Part shown: in pieces, positions 60,471-64,000 of the stretch
Position numbering within the stretch: position 1 is the stretch's first letter
Layout of the letters: the number at the start of each line of letters is the position of its first letter
Assembly: GCF_006345805.1 (NCBI RefSeq)
Contig: NC_042999.1
Coordinates: 148,056,001-148,120,000 of the forward strand
Length of the DNA: 64,000 nt
DNA from: Octopus sinensis
Lineage: Eukaryota
Direction: 5' to 3'
The notes under the pieces: generated by a model
The model's database searches: none
What the model was told of the DNA's origin: nothing
What the model saw: the letters and a program-made list of their open reading frames with translations, nothing else
Translations under genes and position numbers: made by a program

Positions 60471-60954
60471 CTTCAACATATTTTTTCGGATATTTCGATG
60501 AAGATGTTAAATTTTTAGGGATAGTTCCCAATACTCTTATAACTACTCCCAACGAGAGACCTTCTTTTAATGGCCCAACCTCATCTTCGCTGTTACAACC
60601 AGAGTTCTTCGAAAACACCTGTCTCTCATAAACTGAAGTAAGGTAACATTCGTCACAATCGTCATCACCACTATTATTTCTCGACAGCTGATAGTTTCAC
60701 GTAACTTTTTATTGCATCACTTGCTGCACTTTTGCACTGGTGAGGTGTGTGTGCTTCGTTTTTTGCTACCTGGAGAATATTGTATTGCATCAGAATGTTT
60801 TGTTATGGAATTTGGCTTGAGTTTTCTATTGCATTAGTTTTTGTGTTGTGTATTGTTTGTGCAACGTAGTTTGTGTTCTTCTGTTGGGCATCGGACTTCT
60901 TCCTTCGTAACACGGTGTAGGTAAAAAATGCACCGGAGTCTTTAGTCATCTGTC

Positions 60955-61258
60955 AAGTCACAACAATGACCTTAGACAGATAATAATGTCGGCACATTTT
61001 CCAATGTAGATATTGGTCAGCTCTGCCATGTCTTGATTTGTACTCTATAGGTTCTAAAACCAAAATCCAGAGATTAGGTTGTTCACTGTTTCTATCATAT
61101 CGTTGCAGTACTGGAACTTTGGGTCTACACTAATTTTCATCACAATGGCTTCATAGTTCCGGGACAAAAAGCTCTGACCTTGAGCAGCCAAGATAAAGTC
61201 TTCACTCTCTTCCTTTAGCCCTGATCTCCATAGCCACTAATGAGAGTGTGTTTCTGGT
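60955..61258 (-). mobile_element. R4/Dong-like fragment, same older family as D3 (D5)
   Basis: WLWRSGLKEESEDFILAAQGQS...EYKSRH...YLHWKMCRHY; nucleotide similarity to 34625-34665. Confidence 0.8.
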
Positions 61259-61259
61259 A

Positions 61260-61325
<66 letters not shown>
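61258..61325. repeat. (ATT)n tract between D6 and D5
   Basis: About 22 units. Confidence 0.97.
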
Positions 61326-61328
<3 letters not shown>

Positions 61329-64000
61329 TAGTTTTATTTTTATAGCGTGCTTTCACTTCACTACCGAGCGCAGCTCTGTGTGCCTTGGGTATGTGCTGTG
61401 ATTTGTTGTGATGCTCTGATGGTTATTGTATGGAAAATGTTCTGCGTAGGATGTGTGCAGTGCCTAGTAGTGCAATTTTCTGTATGTTATATGTATTTGT
61501 AAGTCCTGGTGTTTTTGTTATGTATTTGTCTGAATATTTTTTATCATGCCTAATGCACCTACTATGATAGGAATTGTTTCTGTTTTCAGATTCCACATTC
61601 TAGTTACCTCTATTTCCAGGTCTTTGTATTTTGAGAGTTTCTCCATTTCTTTTAGAGACACGTTGTCATCTGCCGGTATTGATACATCAATTAGTAAGCA
61701 TTTTTTTTCTTCATGATCTCTGACAACTATATCTGGTCTGTTGGCCTTAATTTCTCTATCAGTGTGTATCGGCATATTCCAGAGTATGGTTGCTTTCTCG
61801 TTTTCTGTGACCTTTTCTGGTGTGTGCCTATACCATCTTTTTTCTGTTGTTATTCCATAATGTTGGCATAGCTTCCAATGTATGTAGGTTCCAACTCTGT
61901 CATGTCTGTGAATATATTCCTTCTTAGCCAGGACTGGGCAGCTAGAGATAATATGATTTATTGTTTCTTGTCCATCTCCACATATTCTGCAGTTACTTGT
62001 AATATTTCTTTTCAATACATGTTTTTGGTAATTTCTGGTGGGGAGGCTTTGGTCTTGTGCTGCAATTAAAGATCCCTCTGTCTCTGCTTTGAGTCCTGAG
62101 CTTCTCAACCATTGTTGGGATTTTTCTTTGTCTATTTCTTTTGCGTTTAGTTTAGTCCAGTATTTACCATGAAGGAGCTTTTCTTGCCATCGTTTTATCA
62201 TGGTTCATTGCTGTTCTATTTTTAGTTTGGATTTCATTTGTTTTATAGCATTTGTTGTTTCTTCATCTTCTTCTTCTTCTTCTTCATGTTTATTAGGTGG
62301 TATGATTTCTTGTTTGTATTTGTCAGCTTCCTTAAATACTGAGAACAGTTTTTTGTTTTGCTCGTGTTTTGCAGCTATCTGGATCAGTTTTCCTTCCTTC
62401 TGAAGTAGATATTTTTGCAGTCCTATGGTGGTTATTTTATAGTAGTTTTCCAGCTGTATAAGGCCTCTACCACCTTCTATACGATGTATATATAGTCTTT
62501 CTATGTCAGATTTTGGGTGATGCATCCTAGATCCTGTCATTATTTTTTTTGTTTTCCTATCTATTTTGGTCAGTTCATTTCGTGTCCAGTTAAGGATATT
62601 GTAGCTGTAACTTATAACTGGGACAGCTAAAGTGTTGATACCTATTATCTTGTTTTTAGCATTGAGCTCTGTTTTTAGTATTGATCTAACTCGTCTATAA
62701 TATTCTTTTTTTACTTTCTCTTTCATTTGTGTGTGTTGTGTCTTGTCTAGTTCATGGATTCCTAAGTATTTGTAAGTTTGGCTTTGGTCTAATTCTTTTA
62801 TTTCATTGGTTTTATCTAGTGTGATGTTGTTACTCTTAACTAGTTTTCCTCTTTTCATGGTTACTTTGGCGCATTTTTCTAATCCAAATTTCATATCTAT
62901 TTCTTTGGTAAATCCATGAACTGTCTTTAATAGTGTTTCCAGCTGTTTGTCATTTGCAGCGTATAGTTTTAGGTCATCCATATATAAAAGGTGGCTGATC
63001 GTTTTGCCGTAACATTTATATCCGCATCCAGTTCTATTTAGTATATCAGATAGAGGTGACAGTGCCAAGCAGAAAAGGAGTGGAGAGAGCGTGTCTCCCT
63101 GGAATATTCCTCTTCTAATGGGGATGTCTTTGGTTTTCATGAGTCCCTCTTTTGTTTGGAGGTGTAGGACTGTTTGCCATTTATTCATAGAGTGCTCTAT
63201 GAATTTTATGATTGTTGGTGCTACTTTGTTAATGGCTAGTGTTTCGAGGATCCATGTGTGGGGGATGCTATCAAACGCCTTTTGGTAGTCAATCCAGGCC
63301 ATACTGAGGCCTTTCTTCTTTCTGTGGCTGTCTTCAGTTATGGCTTTATTAATCATTAGTTGATCTTTACAGCCGTATGAGCCTTTGCGGCATCCTTTCT
63401 GCTCTTCTGGGAACAGTTTGTTTTCGTCCAGGTGCTTGTTCAGCCTTTGCGATATCACTGCAGTAAATGCCTTGAACATAGTAGGGAGGCAGGTTATTGG
63501 TCTGTAGTTTTCTGGTTTTGCTGTTTCATTTGATTTGGGAATTAAGATGGTTTTCCCCTTCGTGAGCCATTCAGGCATTGTCTCTGGCTCTGCTAGTATG
63601 TTGTTAAAGTTTTCAGCCAGCTTTTTGTGCATTCCTGTTAGATATTTCAACCAGAAGTTGGGGATCTTGTCATGCCCAGGTGCTTTCCAGTTGCTTAGTC
63701 TTTGCAGTTCCTGGGTGACCTCTTCAGTTGTTATGGGGGTCCAAAGTTGTTCAGATGCCGAGTTTGTTATTTTGATACTCCTTTTTTTTGGTTGTTCGTT
63801 CGCCGACCATATTTCTCTCCAGAATTCTTCCAATTCTTCTGCCGTTGGTGCTGCAGTGACTTCTATTTTATTTTTGCCCAGTTCTTGGTAGAACTTTTTG
63901 GGGTTGGAGTTGAACTTTTTGTTTTCTTCAAAGAAGCGTTGGCGTTTCTCGTACCGGCGGATCCTTTGTGCTTTGGCAAGGATATCTTGCTTCAGCTTTT
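61326..64000 (-). mobile_element. R4/Dong-like retrotransposon (RT + CCHC + restriction-like endonuclease), near intact, runs off the window (D6)
   Basis: WKAPGHDKI, NYRPITCL, WIDYQKAFDSI, RGIFQGDTLSPLLF, YMDDLKL, CRICG..ETINHIISSC, RPDIVV..CLLIDVSIP, KYKDL. One in-frame TGA at 62205-07 and a 1-nt deletion near 61540; (TAA)n tail. Confidence 0.95.

Noticed and set aside
60382-60618. 78-aa minus-strand ORF as a possible upstream host exon
   Set aside because: No MAM or LDLa features, and it overlaps the antisense strand of the RTE fragment.

Overview
Eukaryotic, AT-rich, repeat-dense intronic DNA. The SINE, mariner, Penelope and microsatellite content matches what I recognise from octopus (cephalopod) genomes; this species call is an inference. 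One host gene crosses the window on the minus strand. I find six coding exons (59440-59772, 55573-55671, 49675-50064, 47332-47475, 14609-14938, 2394-2501), all AG/GT-bounded and phase 1-1. They splice into one open frame encoding divergent MAM-MAM-MAM-LDLa domains (MAM and LDL-receptor class A domain protein-like); start and stop lie outside the window. The introns hold a mariner > Tx1 LINE > SINE nest with terminal inverted repeats or target-site duplications (TSDs) at each level, and six R4/Dong-like restriction-endonuclease retrotransposon copies, five of them beside (TAA)n-type tracts. They also hold CR1-like, RTE and Penelope remnants, a hAT remnant, MITEs, tRNA-derived SINEs and many microsatellites. 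I cannot support a wholly new gene system. The best leads are: an apparently intact type I hammerhead ribozyme (30514-30597); Dong-like elements using other retroelements' (ATT)n tails as landing pads and stacking head to tail; a dimeric SINE inside one 17-bp TSD; a codon-exact twin-priming-type inversion in a Penelope element; and several long intronic fold-backs. Element boundaries were read by eye and are approximate unless a TSD, terminal inverted repeat (TIR) or splice site is quoted. No database search or folding program was run.
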